Assembly (NCBI RefSeq): GCF_035084215.1
Contig: NC_090333.1
Span: forward strand, 26,722,001 to 26,786,000
Direction of reading: 5' to 3'
Length of the DNA: 64,000 nt
DNA from: Heptranchias perlo
Lineage: Eukaryota
The position numbers were made by a program, and so were the translations under genes. The stretch's first letter is position 1. Each line of letters starts with the position of its first letter. The notes below the pieces were generated by a model. It worked only from the letters and a program-made list of their open reading frames with translations. It did not search any database and was not told where the DNA came from. Shown here in pieces: positions 34,801 to 48,100 of this stretch.

Positions 34801-36030
34801 TAAACATGGAGACATTCAGACCAGTCCTTGACTCACATCAAAGACCTATCATTGATAAGACAATGCAGGCCTGCTGACTAAGCAAACATATGGCCCAGCA
34901 GGAGGGCCAGGCCACTTGTATCAATCTCAGTTACTAACTAATTAACCCTTTCTAACCATTTTGCATTCTGCTTCTTTGCCACGTAGGCATTTTAATATTT
35001 TACCGAAAACTGACCACGTAGGGATTCTCAGTATTAGCTACTGGAATATCAAGTTGATGTTAGCAGGGTTATCTGTTCCACTCGGATCCTCTGTTCCAAT
35101 TGAATCCACCTTAGAAACGAGTAACTGTATCTGAGCAAGCTGGCTTAACTCCCCTTCCTTGATTTCAGACAACTTGTACAATTAAGAATCATACTTATCG
35201 CTGCCTATAATTGGCTGGTGTAGCCATACAATCTGACTTTTATAACCTCTTACTCTCTGTCCTGAATATACTTTGTACCTGTAAAGGTACCATTCTACAT
35301 CTGCTAGGTAAAGATTGTTACAGAAGACGACAGAGAATCTTCTTCTAACTAGCAAAGAGAATCTGCGAGAGGTGTTCCAAGCACCTGCTTATATATCTTA
35401 AATTCAAAGAGAAACCTCTTTCTATTCAATTGGCCAATCTGGATGACACATGTAGCAGAAGGGTTCACCTCTTATGGTGTCAATCATTTCTAAGAGACAC
35501 CTAAGTTCCTGGAAGATGACAAAGTTAATAAAGCATGGAAAGGTAGACATACCAGGTCCCATTTTCACTCCTCTAATTTCTCAATCATTTCTTTAACAAA
35601 TGGTCCTATACAGGACCAGATAATGCATGACATTTTTATGTCCCACTAACGAGCTATTCCTGAGCTCAGTCCTAATATTGGCCGTCTCATCACTGGCAAG
35701 GAATGTTCTGTTCCAATAAACATTTTCATGGCTTTAATAAGTTAATTTTCCCAGCGTTCAGTTTAACTACTGACTCCATAGTGTGTGCTGAAACTTTGAG
35801 CTGAAACTTCATTTTGAGAACACATTTTAGGCAATTTAAAGGGCATTTTCCCTGCAATACCTCTCATTTAACAGTTACACAGACACTATAGGGCATCAAC
35901 TCGATTGTCCAGAAACACATAAATAAAGACATCAGATTTAGAGGGGAGGGAACATATTTATAAAGCAGTTGGAATAGTAGATACATTTACATACAAGTTT
36001 AAAGTGTAAAAAAAAATAATCGATCATCCA

Positions 36031-36147
36031 TCATTTTTTTCTTTCATATACGTGAATGTGGCTTCCTACTTGGCCTTCTGGCACATGAGTGTGAAAAAAT
36101 ATTGCAGTTTTCACATAGTTTCTGGTCATCAGGAATGGTTCTATTTT
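36031..36147 (-). CDS. PIGB: PIGB exon 12 (terminal)
   Basis: tcaaag|[41 protein letters not shown]. Confidence 0.88.
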   Translation of the reverse strand, partial: KIEPFLMTRNYVKTAIFFHTHVPEGQVGSHIHVYERKK

Positions 36148-39100
36148 CTTTGATGAGAAAGATACAAAATCTCCAGGTTAAAAGAATGCATAAAACTGCA
36201 GCAGGTTTAACTCTATTTGTTCAAATTTACTGTCAACAGTCAACATCAACAACTACTTTCAAATTGTTACTCTTTAATGCTGGTTGGTTTGACTTGAGAA
36301 GATTTACTAGCAAAGAAATATATAAAAAGTTTGCTTTCTTTTAAAATATTTCCTCTTAACTTCCCCACTTCCATGCTCCCCTATTTTAGGTGACAGGACA
36401 GGACCGGCCATGCTGCAAATTTTTCCCCTCAGTCACATTTACTGCCACTCAGTCAATGTGACCTATTTCACCCTGATTGAGAACAGTCACATTTTAATCA
36501 GTCAAGGCTGCAATTTAAATAGCAAAGGAGGGAGAGAAAAAGCAATTCTCAAATTTAAAAAAAATTATAACTGAAATATTCTGTGTTTGGGGCTGTGATT
36601 TTCCACATCAGTCTCAGTTATCCCATGAAAAGAGGCACTTCACACCATCAAGACTCAGTTGTTTCTAACCATTCTCCGCTGCTCAACTCAAAGCACCAAA
36701 AATAAAGAATCGTGCAAAAAGGATCCTGCTGGCACGATTCTATAATGGCCTAGCATGCATGCCTTTCAATTTGTAATATTATAACCCAACACCAACATTA
36801 TTAGGAAGTGCTGCCTGCAAGCAAGAGAAAAACAAATAATGTAGTCAAGCCAACCTACGCCATTCCATAGCTAGATCAGCAGGGGCACAGGCAGCAACCT
36901 TGGAGCAAATTGCCATCAGTCAGATGGCCAATAATGTATGGGAACAAAAATAAAACAGTAAAATATATACATACATACCTGTTCCATTACATTATAAAAT
37001 ACTAGGTGAGTAGGAAAGGAGGTTTGACCAGAAAATCTTATGTTCAGCCACTTAAGTGGCTCCTCAAAAAATAAGTCAGCTTCATCAATATAGCTATTAT
37101 TTCCAGTCAGGTCTGGAGGACATTCCAGAAAGTGCATTTTCACTGGGCAATGAACATGGCTGTGGAGAAATGACAAAGAATTAAGCGAGACAGGCAAGCT
37201 TCATGCACCACACAATTACTGAGAATAAGTATTTTTTGTTAATTATTTCCTCCTTGCCTGCCTTCTTTTGTCTCCCCACATCAAGTGACTTTTCCAGCTG
37301 TGAGAATGGATCGGAGGCCTACTCCCAGATCCCTGCCAATACCCTTATAAGCAGCCCTCCAATTTTCTCTCCATTTCCATGAAGAAGTGGATAATAAAGT
37401 ATTTCACATTAGGGATTTGTTTTTCAAAATTACAAAGCATCAAGCAGGACCAGACATTATGAAAGGGAGGTCTGCGTTTTCTCTTTGAAATGTGATAGTT
37501 CTCCTGTATTTTTTGGATAACGTTGCTTTGGGGGATGCAGTTGCGTTGGAAGGTTATGCAATTTGGACTTGTCACCACTTCCTTGACTGTTACCCCCCAA
37601 TTTGCAGTCAACTGCCTGGAGATGCATTTGTAGGAGAGTTAATGTCCTTTTCATTCCCTTTCCTCTGGTCAAATGCATCAATATTGCTAACAGTCTAGGT
37701 GAGTCACTCCAGGCATGCTTTGAGCACCTTCTATTACTGGATTAGGTCCACTAGTTTGCTTACTTTCTTCACTGGGAATGACATTGTGGTGGATAAAGAG
37801 AGAATAACGTCCTTACTATACACAAATACTGGTACTGAGTACCTTTCCATTAAAAAAAAATCACTGGCTACTTAAAAATGTCATTTAGATTAATGGCCAG
37901 AGAACTACAGATCATACATAATTTCCAATACATCCATTCAATTTTCCAATATAGCATTGAAAGAACTACATACCTTGCATTCATTCATGGCCTTAGGACG
38001 TTCCAAAGCATTTCAAAGCTAATGAAGTACATTTTTTGAAATGTAGTCACTGTTGTAATGCAAGGAAATGCAGCAGCTAACTTGCAACTAGCAAGGTCCC
38101 ACAAATAGCATGAGATGTTGGTTGAGGGATAAACATTGGCCAGAACATAAGAACGCCCCTGCTCTTGGAATAGTAAGTCCACCTGAGAGGGCAGACAGGG
38201 TCTCAGTTCAATGTCTCATCCGAAAGACGGTATTCTCAGGCAGTGCAGTACTCCCTCAGCACTGCACTGATGTGTCAGCCTAGATTATGTGTTCAAATTT
38301 ATGGAGTGGGGCTTGAACTCACAACATTCTGACACAGAGGTAAGAGTGCTACCACTGAGCCAAGGCTAACACTGACTCTGCAACAATATTTGCATTTAAA
38401 ATTTTAAAAACATACAAACTACACAACTGTATTTGCTGAAGATCAGCATTCATTTCATAGATTCTATCATACAATAGTGCAAGATATAGGCTTTGGGGGA
38501 GGGGAAAAGGGGAAAAATAATGTCTATTTCATTGTAGGCAAGACGATCAGCTGCTCCTGAGCTGTAACACAATTCTCGCAATTATCAGAGGGCATTATTG
38601 ATGAATTTACCAATATTCTAAAATTAGAACGAGAACTCGATCACATGTACTATGATAGAGAACTTACTAAAGACATGAGGAAAAATATCAAACTTATGAC
38701 CCATTCTACCATCAGTCTTTACTAAATAAATAGTGACTATGAGAAAAGCCATTCCCCCATCTCAGTTCATCCATACAGAAAGAACATACAGTGCCTTCAT
38801 AACAAATCAGAAGCTTTGCTGCCAGGTTACCTTTTTACTTGTATTTAGATGTCACGGACATTGCTGGAAAATGAGTCACTTCCTCCAACGCTGAACTCAC
38901 TGGCACCCAATATTGCAAAGCTTTGGTTTTAAACCCCATACAGCTGTAGTCTCACCCCATTTCTACATTTGTAAACAATTTTACAACACCAAGTTATAGT
39001 CCAGCAATTTTATTTTAAATTCACAAGCTTTCGGAGATTTTCTCCTTCCTCAGGCAAATGTTTCAAGATCTTGAAACATTTGCCTGAGGAAGGAGAAAAT

Positions 39101-42100
39101 CTCCGAAAGCTTGTGAATTTAAAATAAAATTGCTGGACTATAACTTGGTGTTGTAAAATTGTTTACAATTGTCAACCCCAGTCCATCACCGGCATCTCCA
39201 CATCATTTCTACATTAGCTGTTTTTGCTCTATACTTAACGTGCCTATAGAATGGTGTTGAATGGCAAGGCATCAGGAAGAACAAGGAGGGCTCTTCTCTC
39301 CCCGGCAGAGTGTCCTTACAGAGTTGCTGAACATGCTGCATCACATCCAGTGTTCCGCGCTGGTGAATTAAGCCAGTATACAGAGCTAGACAAAGATTAG
39401 AAAAAAGCAGAACACAGACTGCCGGCTTCTTCCACGCTTTCAAATTAGCCAATGAGTAGCCTATACAAAAAAGGGAATAAAACCAAATATTTATTACATG
39501 ATTCCACTTAAGTGAATACAAATGTAAAAAAAATCTAAAGCCTATAACATTTTCTGTACTTAAACAGGAGTAAATAATATAATGGACCAGTAAATAATTT
39601 GAACTATATATTCCAGTGAAGTGCATACTTTTGTAAAAATTATGCATTTTACCAGATTTACATTCATATTTCAGTCAAAGATTGCATAGTTTAAGATTGT
39701 AACTCAGGAGCTTGTTGAAACAAAGTTAAAATATAAAAACATATATACCACTACCCCATTCATAATGTCACAACAGGAGAGAGCTACAAAAATACCTGGC
39801 AACAATCTGCCTCTGGAAATAAACAGGCTGAAGTCAATGAGATGTTATATCTTTTAAATAATCAATTTGAATGCATTTCTCCTTTTAAGAATCTTAAAAT
39901 GCTCATCCATTCTCCATTTTTCAAAGCCAAGCATTTCATGTGGAAAACCTTTTAACTTATGATTTTTTCTTTTAAAATCTAAACAGTAACAGTTACACAA
40001 GTCAAGTGGGTTTCTTACATGAGGTAGAATTATCAAGAGGATACTTACCACAAAACACCATGCAGAAAGGCATTACTGGATAAATAAACCTGAATTCTTT
40101 GTGACTTAAGAAACTGTAATAAAGAAAATATCTATATAAGTTTTAAAGCGGGTATTCCACAGATGACATTTGAAAGTGTACTGTGTACATGTGCCTAAAC
40201 CTCGTAGTGCTGCATGTCAATGCATCAGCATGCTGTGCACACATTTCCTCAAATGTTAATCTCTCTACACCATCCAGATGGAGCAAGGCAGTGAGCAAAG
40301 GGGAAGAGGTAATCAACTCAACCACTCATGCGCCTCCTAGTCTCTGCTTCAAAACAGAACAGCTTGTGTGTCTGCTCTCAGGGAATGAGATGGGGGTGCA
40401 GAGATCAAAATAAGCTACCTCATAACTACCACCTTTATGTAGCAAGTATTTAGTCACCCCATAATTTGTACTTCTATTTCTCCCAATTCTAAATTTCTGC
40501 ATTACTTCCCAAAACAACAAATTCTTCTACATTATGAACAGTGCATATTTTATGGGAAAAGTAGATAACCATTTGAAATAGGAGGATACAGGGCTACTGG
40601 AAGACAGCAGGGCAGCAAGATTAGTTCTGGGTTGCTCCAGCAAAGAGCTGGCACAGACATTTTGGGCTCAATTTTAAAACTGAGCCGGGAAGGGGGCGGG
40701 CAGGGAGGGGGGTCAAATTGAGGACGGGAAACCCATTAGTACGGGTTTCCCGGATGTCCTTACAATTTTGACGTAAGGACATCTTTTATTTTTTTTGTCG
40801 GTTTCCCGCCCAACTGACCGGCCTGATTGACAGGCTGGTCACAGTTGGACGGGAGACCAGCCAGGGAGAGGACAAGTTCAGGTAATTCTGCAGGTAAGTC
40901 TGTTTGTATGGATGGAGGGGAGCACGGGGGTCATGAGTCATGGGGGGAGGGATTGGGGGTCAGTCACGGGGTGGGGGGGGGGGTAAATCAGGATCGGGGG
41001 TCATCACAGGGGTCCGCGATCGTTGAGAGGGAGGATCGGGAGTGGGAAGGATCGGAGTCGGGGGTCTGCGATCGGTTGGGAGGGTTGGGGGGGGGGTCGA
41101 TGCAGGTAGGCTTGTTGGGCCTGGGGGGAGCACTCCTGCTCCTCCGGGCCCACAAGCTGTGCCTTTCTAGGCACCTACCTGTTAGTCTCGGGCCGTCTCA
41201 CCTCCTTTCACAAAACAGAAGGCCGGGGAATCCCGGCCCCCGGGGTTGAAATCGGAAAGTTCAGAAAAATGGAGGCCCAAAGCCTCCTTGAAAAGTTTTA
41301 AGGCCTGACCCGCCTCCTGGGAGCGGGTCGGTTGCCCGCACTTCTTCCTGCCCTGGTGAAAACTGGAAATGGGCGGGTTGGAGGCGGGTCTGAAATGGTG
41401 GCAATTTTCAATACCCTCCACCCCCAACCCACCCATTTTTCACTTAAAATTGAGCCCTTTGGGTCAAATAGTTTGTAAATTCCATGATTAGGATTCTGCT
41501 CATCTTCAATCCTTCTGTGCTATAAGCTTCCATGGTTCTGTGTTGCCAAACCTTGCTTCCACTTTGTACGTTCGCAGGTCAGGAAACAACCATTTGAGAG
41601 AGTATAGAGGGTGGAGAAAAAGAGAGGAGAACTCAAAATCAGAAGGGAGAGATTTACACCTTATTGGTTTGCAGCACTACATTAAAACAGGAATAAAACA
41701 GGATTAGAATAAATTTTTGCATAGGACAATAACTTATAAAATGTAATAAATATTAAAGTGCATATTTGTGAGGTTATGCAGCTTCACCAATATAAATTAT
41801 TAAACTGGATAAAGATTTCACTAATCAACTAAAAATGAATTCTATGAACTTGCATCAACGACAGGCACCTTTAATATCTTCTTGTAAAGATCATATTGTT
41901 CTGCTCTTAGCTGTCAAGAGTATCTTACAAAAGCAGCAACTCCATTGAACATGGTTGCCAAAAAAAAAGAATCAGAGAGCATGGAGTGAGTTACAAGGCT
42001 GAATCTAATTTCAGGACTTCAATATGTGTAAAACCACAAAATTGAAATAGTTTCAAATCCATGTTTAGGATTTTGATCCTGTCTTCAATCCCAGCTAGCC

Positions 42101-45100
42101 ATTAGGATTACAGAGAGCCCCAAACTGAGTGGTACACACCTATACACCACGAGGGTCCATATCACCGCTGTTAGTAAAACTCTGTACTTCTTGGACATCA
42201 ACAAACATCCGTGAATGAAGAAAGGTAAATGTGTTCCCATGATAACAGGAAATCCCTGAGTGAAATACCAGTGCCATGAATGTGAGCCGTAGAATGATCC
42301 CATGTTCTGAATCACGTTAAATCTGAGGAAATTCCATTGAACCATGACCCACTGTGGAAAAAAAAGCAAAAACAGACAGGAACAAAATGTAAATTGGTGA
42401 TTAATTACAATTACATTACAGGGTTATAAATGGAACAAGACAAGAACATAGGTATTACCAACAGGGGAGAATGAACAGCAAATATCTTGGGTAGCCCTGC
42501 CCCAGAATTTTCTTCTTTATTATGTAAGTTTCTGAATCCAAAACAGCTTTATGTTTATTTTGTTTAATAAAACTTTTTTTTTTAAAAAGGACACAAACTG
42601 TAGGAAAATAAATGAGTGGTACAGAATCACCATTTTACATAGATACACAACTTAACATAGTTAGCATTTATAAATTAATCAATGAAACTAATGGACAATA
42701 ATCGCTTCCCCAATTATCCTTATCCAACAGCAGCCATAGTAAATGCACTATTGGGAGAGGTACAGAGCAGGTAAACTGTTTGCTCTGTTGACGCACAAGA
42801 CTTAACCATTCGAGATTTTTTTTAAAAATAAAGCAAAAAGAATTTAATCTATAAAGCTGAAAATAACAGGCACCAGATTTATTAAAAATAACCTGCCTCG
42901 ATGCATTACAATTTGCTCCAAAGTAGGCCAGACCAGTGGCTTCAGCACAGTAGCTTTTGAAAGATCAATCAGTCAAAAATAAGAAAAAATACCCTACCTC
43001 ACCATAAAATATTCGGTCAATGATCAGAGAAATCCCAAGTGTTAAGCATCTGTAAAACAAACAGCATATTCACAGAGATTCCAGTGGAAAAGAAATTCCA
43101 TCGTTTAGAAAAAAACACATTTATTAGGTTTATCTTGAAAACGACTGGCACACCAACACATAGCATCAGAGTTGTAGGACACACATTTCCTCCATGCAAG
43201 TTCAGGATCTTAGCTGTGCCACCAGGAAGGAATGAGTCACCTTTAGCCACTTTAACCAACTGCTGAGAATTGTGCAAAAGAACAATATTGGTAAAAGACT
43301 AGTAGTAGTTGCTCACCAACAAAGAATGGCACACAACATACGATGTAAACAGCTTCTCTTCTGCATCTTTCCCCTTCTCAAAACAACCAATAGTGGGATA
43401 TTTCCACTGAAAAATGAGACATGATTCTATATCCTACGATTTCTGCCAACATGTGCTTTTCGGACTCCTTTACAGGAGGATCTGGGACATGGTCCTACAT
43501 TAAGGTTTTTCTCTACTTCGTGCATGGAAAATTACTGAGGAGTTGGCCACAAGTTCTGTAAACAATGATTCCTCAGGGATCAAGGGAGCTTCTTGGAGTG
43601 AGACTAATGCACAGCTGGCCCAGATTCTCTGAAAAAGTACTGGAGACAATCCAGAGAGCTAGTAATAGATTAAGTGAATGTGCAAAACTGTGGCAAATGG
43701 ATTTTAATGTAGGCAAGGATAGATCAGAGTACTTTCTAAATGGTGAAAAGCTCAAAACAGTGGAGGTCCAAAGAGACTTAGGGGTCTATGTATACAGATC
43801 ATTAAAATGTCACGGACAGGTACAGAAAATAATCAAAAAGGCTAATGGAATGCTGGACTTTATATCTAGAGGTCTAAAATACAAGGGGGCAAAGATTATG
43901 CTACAGCTATACAAAGCCCTGGTTAGACCACACTTGGAGTACTGTGTTCAGTTCTGGGCACCACACCTTAGGATGGATATATTGGCATTGGAGGGAGTAC
44001 AGTGTAGAATGATACCTGGACTCCAAGGGTTAAATTATGAGGAGAGATTACACAAACTAGGGCTGTATTCCCTGGAATTTAGAAGATTAAGCGGTGATTT
44101 GATCAAAGTTTTCAAGATATTAAGGAGAACTGATAGGGTAGATAGACAGAAACTATTTCCGCTGGTTGTGGAGTCTAGGACTAGGGCGCATAGCCTAAAA
44201 ATTAGAGCCAGGACTTTAAGGAGTGAAGTTAGGAAACACTTCTACACGCAAAAGATGGTAGAAATTTGGAACTCTCTTCCGCAAACGGCAGTTGATGCTA
44301 GCTCAATTGTTAATTTTAAATCTGAGACTGATAATACCTTTTGGTTAACAAAAGGTATTAAGGGATATGGGGCTACGAGGCGGGTATATGGAGTTAGGTC
44401 ACAGATCGGACATGATCTCACTGAATGGCGGAACAGGCTTGAGGGGCTAAATGGCCCACTCCTGTTCCTTTAATAAAGTTTCAATACTCTACAGGGAGTG
44501 GGCTGGCTAGCTGACAGGCAACAGCAAGGGTACTGGCAGAGTGAGACCGGAATGAGGTCATCCTGAGAGAGGACAGCAGGTTCATGTTCCATGGAGCCAC
44601 TGCCACTTGATGCCTCCTGTTATGCGCCACCTTCTCCTGCAAGATGTTTGGGTGATGTGGCTGTCATGATTGAATAGCTGCCATTGTGTGTGACCTGTGA
44701 GTTGTGGGTGTGTGGCTTGCAACAGTGATAATGTGCGAGGGTGAAGTGAAGCATCTGACTGGAAGAGTTGAGTACTGATTGAAAGAGTTTGTTGGTATGT
44801 GGTGCATTTGGTAAGTGGTGCCACTGACAGTTGACCTCACTCACTTTGACCACTCGTGTCAAATCATTGCATTTCTTCCTGCACTACATCCATGTTTATG
44901 GTGCTATGCTCCTGGCATTGACCTTGTCCCCTACTGCCTTGGGAGCATATGTCAGGAGGGCCTCTTGCCCCACTGTGGATATAGGATGCCCCTCCTTCTG
45001 TCCACCTTTTGCACCAAGGCCTCTAGTGCATCATCAGAGAACCTTGGTGTTTGCTCGCTCACAGGCCCGGTACAAACTCAGATTGGCAGGCTCGAGGGGC

Positions 45101-48100
45101 TAAATGGCCTACTTATGTTCCTATGTTCCACATAGGTGATAGGAGCTGGAATCCTAAGCATACCCGTGCAATGGATACAATCATAGAATGGTTACAGCAC
45201 AGAAGCAGGCCAATCGGCCCGTCGAGTCCGTGCCAGCTCTCTGCAAGAGCAATCCAGCTATTCCCACTCCCCCGCCCTATCCTCGTAGCCCTTCAAATTT
45301 TTTCCCTTCAAGTATTTATTCCATCAAGTCCAAAATGAAATCCCTGCTCATGCCAGGGTTATCTGGGAGTCAAGTCCCAACTGGGTGTTCAGGCAGGAGG
45401 TACAGTCCTCAATATGAACATAAGAAATAGGAGCAGGAGTAGGCCGTATGGCCCCTCGAGCCTGCTCCGCCATTCAATCAGATCACAACTGATCTTCGAC
45501 CTCAACTCCACTTTCCTGCCCAATCCCTATATCCCTTGATTCACCCTAGAGTCCAAAAATCTATCCATCTTAGCCTTGAATATATTATGAATATATACAT
45601 GACACAAACAATTTGAAATATTGGCGAGGAATTGCTTACTGTTCTTGTTAATGCCATAGTCCTGCCTTTCCCCCTCCTTTTCATGTACTTTCCAAGAGTA
45701 GACAGCAAAGTCATCTTGCGTAGTCAGCTGTTCCCAACTTGGAATTTTACAACTAATAATTTATAGTTAGAAAATCAATGTTTTAATTTTTGCTCCTTTG
45801 TGTTCCAGAACAAACTCTGATCTTGACATGAAATACAAATGCAGGACTATCTACAGTGAAGTAATTTAGTTGCAGATTGCAAATAGTATTCAACAGCCAA
45901 AATGACAGAATCTGCTCTTAAATTGGTTTGTCTGAAATTGTTGCTGTCTGGACTGATATGGAGCAAACTCCTCCCCCTCCCACCTCCCCCCTCCCCCCTC
46001 CCCACACTCTTGTACATACCCAACTGGTAGACATTTGTGCAACAGTAGATCCAGTTTCTTCAGTTCCTGCCAGAAATGAGAAAATAGCAGAGGCAGCCAA
46101 AGGATGACAGCGGTGGGGCGCACAACAACTGCAAACGCGGTCAGAGCCAGATATTTCGAACTGCAGATAGAAATAAATAACACAATCAGATCTGCTTAAA
46201 GCTGCCCTTAAGTGTTATCACAAAAGTAAACAGCGCTTCTTTTAACTTGTCCCATTTTTTGCTATCAGATATTCCTTCCCTATTAATGTGATTCAGTTTC
46301 TGTCTCTTCGAAGTGTCATGTCCTCCTAGTTGAGCTCTACTCTTCAATGACATTTCCAATTTCCCACCATTTTCCCTGTCTTTTTCCAATTTCCCACCAC
46401 CTTCCTTTCTACTTCAGAGACAACAGGCTGGCAGAAATAGCACACTGTATTAATTTCTCTCTTTCCTTTTCCTCTATCCCCCCATCCTCCCACAGATACA
46501 GAGATTTTAGCACAGAGAGATTGCATTCTAAAAACAAAAATCCACAGAATATCAAGTAATGCACTATAATCTTTTAACAGTAGGCAAATTATAAATAAAG
46601 CTCAAGCAAATGCAGAGGACATTAATTATCCCTCACTCCAAGACCTAGATGAGCAAGTTTTGTTTACTGAGAACTACAAACAACTCTGACATTGAGAAAA
46701 ATAATCACTCTGCAATAACTTATTCCATGGGCATTACCATAGACACATCCTCTCACAAAGGGTACAATACTTTGTGCAGTCTCAAAAAAAAGCATGGAAC
46801 AAAAAAAAAACAATTTTTCAAGGGGTTTTTATTTAGCCTCCTGAGGAGGGAGAATAATCACTGGTAAAACCTCAGGAGAAAAAAACTCCTTAACCTCCAA
46901 CCCAAAAAAGGCTAAATAAATTATCTCCCTAGATAGTAGAAACAACAATGCTAGGGAGTGGGACTCTTCCCTAAGAGGCCAAACTCAAATCCGTATCCAG
47001 ATTGACCTGCGCACATTCATTTAATCCACAGAGTGTAACCACCTGGTGTTGTCTGGAGAGAAAAAAAACACAGAAAAATGCTGGTGGGGTGGGGTGAAGG
47101 TCCTATCCTCAAACCAAACTCAAGTAAGCAATTCAGTAGGTTATGAGAATGTAGTGAAGAGTGTCTGTAGAGATGTCCATGCACTGCAATATCAACTAAA
47201 CAAATTTAGACCATGAAGCTGCAAGAACATGATGTGAGGGGGTGGAAAGAAAGCATTGGAGGAAAACTAAATCATTCATGGGAGTAAAATTACCACTCCC
47301 TCCACAGAGTTTGCAATGGCTTTAAACTTCATGAGTCTTCATTAAATACAAAGGCCTGAATTTCCATAGGGTCCTTTTGATCTCCTACCTGTAATTTTGA
47401 GAGAAGATTGGCAGAAACAGTGTGAATGGCCAATTTTAGCTTTTACGCCATTTCTTCAGAGTTCCATCAATCTCCCGCCGGAGAACCCCGCAGAAATTTC
47501 AGGTGAATATCACATCACGTGATGAAACATTCAAATTGTTCTTTCAAGACTTTTCAAATCACACATACCATGTTTGCCAATTAATGGTCCTCACACATTG
47601 CAAAAAAAACTGCAATATGCCTGTCTATATGGACCCACCCAAAAGAGATCAACAATGATTATACCTTTTCACCTTCATGTTCCCAATATATTTCTGATTA
47701 TCCAAAATGCTCAGAACAAATGAGTCACAGGGACATGGTCTTCCATACTGGCTAGCTTCCAAAACAGAAATAGTCAGTGTAAACAAGCTGCTTACTCAAG
47801 AATATTTGATTAACAACAAACTGTTAGTTCAGCGCAATTCCCTCTCAATGTTTGTATTTTTTTTAAATTGAAGTTTTTTTTTCTATCTTATATAAATTCT
47901 TCATTCTGTCCTGTCCACAAAATGTGCTTTTGAGGAAAGAGCACGCAGGTGATATTTTCACTAGCAGCGGACAATGTCACTCTTTTAAAAAAAAGTTAGG
48001 AAGTGAATCTGCCTCCTACTTTCTCTATGGAAAAGCACTCTGTTCAATGGCTTGCCATGAAAGTAGATCGGAGATCAGGCTATACTGCTAATCAGGCTAA

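Noticed and set aside
38969-39168. Palindrome as a pre-miRNA or DNA-transposon MITE
   Set aside because: The element is asymmetric (35-nt unique 3' extension), has a 12-bp TSD, a hammerhead core and a 5'-truncated sister copy, which fits a Penelope-type retro-insertion better.
43565-44473. 302-aa ORF
   Set aside because: C-terminal CR1 ORF2 fragment with chance read-in from flanking DNA.
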